Shown here one piece after another: positions 61,735 to 64,000 of a stretch of 64,000 nucleotides of DNA; position 1 is the stretch's first letter; every line of letters starts with the position of its first letter. The notes beneath the pieces were generated by a model that was not told the origin of the DNA, did not search any database, and worked only from the letters and a program-made list of their open reading frames with translations. A program made the position numbers and the translations under genes. Source of the DNA: Octopus sinensis (taxonomy: Eukaryota); NCBI RefSeq assembly GCF_006345805.1, contig NC_043001.1, positions 39,060,001-39,124,000 on the forward strand, read 5' to 3'.

Positions 61735-63850
61735 CTTTTGCCAGATCAAAGGTGATATGGTGGTGGAACAATCAGGTCGACAGGGCTATAAAAGAGAAGA
61801 AATGGGTTTGGAAAGTGTGGAAAAGGGATGGTAGCAAAGAATCATATTAGGTAGCTGAAAGGGAAGCAAGGTACCAGATTTATCTTGCTAAGGTAGAAGC
61901 AGACAGGAAGAGGTTTGCCAATATCTTACAGTATGAAGACCAGAGACTTGAGATTTTGCATATTGCTACACAGGTGTAGGAGTGGCTGTGTGGTAAGTAG
62001 CTTGCTTACCAACCACATGGTTCCGGGTTTATTGCCACCGTGTGGCACCTTGGGCAAGTATCTTCTACTTTAGCATCAGGCTGACCAAAGTGTTGTGAGT
62101 GGATTTGGTAGATGGAAACTAAAAGAAACCTGTCGTATATATGTATATACATATGTGTGTGTAAATATTTGTGTGTCTGTGTTTGTCCACCCACCCCCAA
62201 CATCGCTTGACAACCAATTGTGGCGTGTTTACATCCCTGTAACTTTGCAGTTCAGCAAAAGAGACCGAGTAAGTACTAGGCTTACAAAGAATACGTCCTG
62301 GGGTCGATTTGCTCGACTAAAGGCACTGCTCCATCATGGCTGCAGTCAAATGACTGAAACAAGTAAAATAGTAAAAGAGTGTGTCAGAGAGAATTGAGAT
62401 GTTGTGGGAGATAAAATGTGTACAGGTAGATAATGGCATGCTAGTATTTAGTGATTTGGAAAAGAAAAATGTGTGAAAGAGCTACTGTGAAGGGCTATTA
62501 AATGTAGCAGATGAATAGAAAATGGGAGTCTCCCCATCATGTGAACCCAACAGAGGGGCCGACCATTCATATAGACAGCAGTATGATAAATAATGTAATT
62601 AAAGATATAGAGACTGGAAAAATCCTTGGTTCATCAGGAGTCACTGTTAAGATGCTTAAAATATCTATAAAGAAGGATACAGTCTGGACACTGTTTAGTT
62701 AATTAGGTTATTCAGGAAGGTATAATCCCCAATGACTGGTATACCAGGATCATAATCAGCTACTAAAACAGTAAATGAAATGCATTTAACATAATTAATT
62801 ATAGAGGCCTCGAATTACTTGACAAAGTGATAACAGTTATGGAGAGTATAATAACCCAATTAATTAGAAACAAATTAAGCTAGATGAAATGCAGTTTGGC
62901 ACAGTAATGGGAAGAAGTCAGGCAAGTACAATGGTAATATTAAGCTAAGAATAAGCTGTAGTACTTGGCATTAGTTGACCTGGAGAAAGCATTCAACAGA
63001 GCACCCTGCTCTGTAATATGCTGGTCTTTCAGGAAGCTAGAGATAGATAGATGGCTTGTGAAAAGTAGTACAGGTATTATACAGAGTTGCTATAAATAAT
63101 ATTAGGGTTAGTCATGAGAACAGTGATAGATTTAGATAAATTTTAGGGTTAGGTGTACATCAAGGCTCAGTCCTCAGCCACCTCCTATTCAGAATTGTCC
63201 TCCAGGTCATAAACAGAGGAGTTTAAGCCTGGAAACCAATGAGAACTACTATATGTAAATTACCTTGCTCTCACAGCAGAATCTGTAACAAAACTAGAAA
63301 AAAGTTTCAGGTGTGGAAGCAAAGCCTGGAATCAAAGAGCCTTGAAGTTAACTTAGCAAAGACAAAAGTCTTAGTAAGCAAGAAAACAAACAGGACCCTA
63401 CTCACTTCAGGTAAACGGTTTTTCTCAGAAAGTAAGAATGGTGTAGGCAGAAATTCATTTCAGTGTATTCAGGGCAAGTAATGGATGCACAACAGGTGCA
63501 GTGGAACAGTAGGGAGGTTAACAGAGAAAGTAGTGTCTGTATGTGAAAAATGCATAAGAGTCATAAAATCTACAAGTATACAGGAAATGGATTTTCACAA
63601 ATGCCCAAAAAGGTGCTCTAAAGGTACTAGGCAATTTCTGCTAGCTAGGTGACCTAATTTTCAGTGGAGGAGGAAATGAAATTGCTAGAATAAGATGGAG
63701 AAAGTTCAGAGATCTTTTACTTCAAGTGGCAACCAAAAGTCTCTCTTTCTGAGAGAAAGGAAAGTTGTGTGATGCCTGTGCAGAAACAGGAATGCTACGT
63801 GATAGTCAGAAATCGTCCCTGAATGTAGAGGGCATGCAAAGACTAGAAAG
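61735..63850 (+). mobile_element. RTE-clade LINE, old decayed, interrupted by a SINE
   Basis: KVIWWWNNQVDRAIKEKK, LALVDLEKAFN and KFQVWKQSLESK. Confidence 0.8.
61972..62380 (+). mobile_element. tRNA-derived SINE nested in RTE
   Basis: Same family as 52004; the RTE reading (..ATQ|CVREN..) resumes on the far side. Confidence 0.9.
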
Positions 63851-64000
63851 GTATGAAGTTACTATGTTCAGTATGATGCGTAATGTTTGTCTGCGAGGGG
63901 CTCTTTCCGCTCACCATCTCCAACATCTCAACCTTATCAACCTACAGAAGTCAATGCAGCCTGGTACAGCTCATGGCCATGCCAGCTCCAGTCAAACCAT

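Overview
Eukaryotic, AT-rich, repeat-saturated DNA. The repeat families and microsatellite load point to an octopus/coleoid cephalopod genome; that assignment is inference. Most of the window is decayed or 5'-truncated non-LTR retrotransposons. These are about 15 copies of one RTE family (PHD-like insertion in the RT, modular 3' UTR, (GAT)n tail), a separate BovB-like RTE group, CR1-like LINEs, L1/Tx1-like and RLE-type fragments, three Penelope-like (GIY-YIG) remnants and tRNA-derived SINEs. Mariner/Tc1 remnants, Helitron and Helentron fragments, several fold-back elements and one 100-N gap are also present. The only well-supported host coding sequence is one 303-nt, phase 1-1, minus-strand exon encoding an Ig-like domain (5883-6185), so much of the window may be intron. 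No intact autonomous element, CRISPR array, rRNA or true tRNA was found. The most interesting observations are hammerhead-like motifs in a fold-back loop and at the tail of a tRNA-headed SINE, RTE C-termini with tandem C2H2 fingers, a near-perfect 382-bp-arm palindrome, and unrelated elements repeatedly abutting (TA)n tracts. Boundaries of decayed elements are approximate and all alignments were done by eye.
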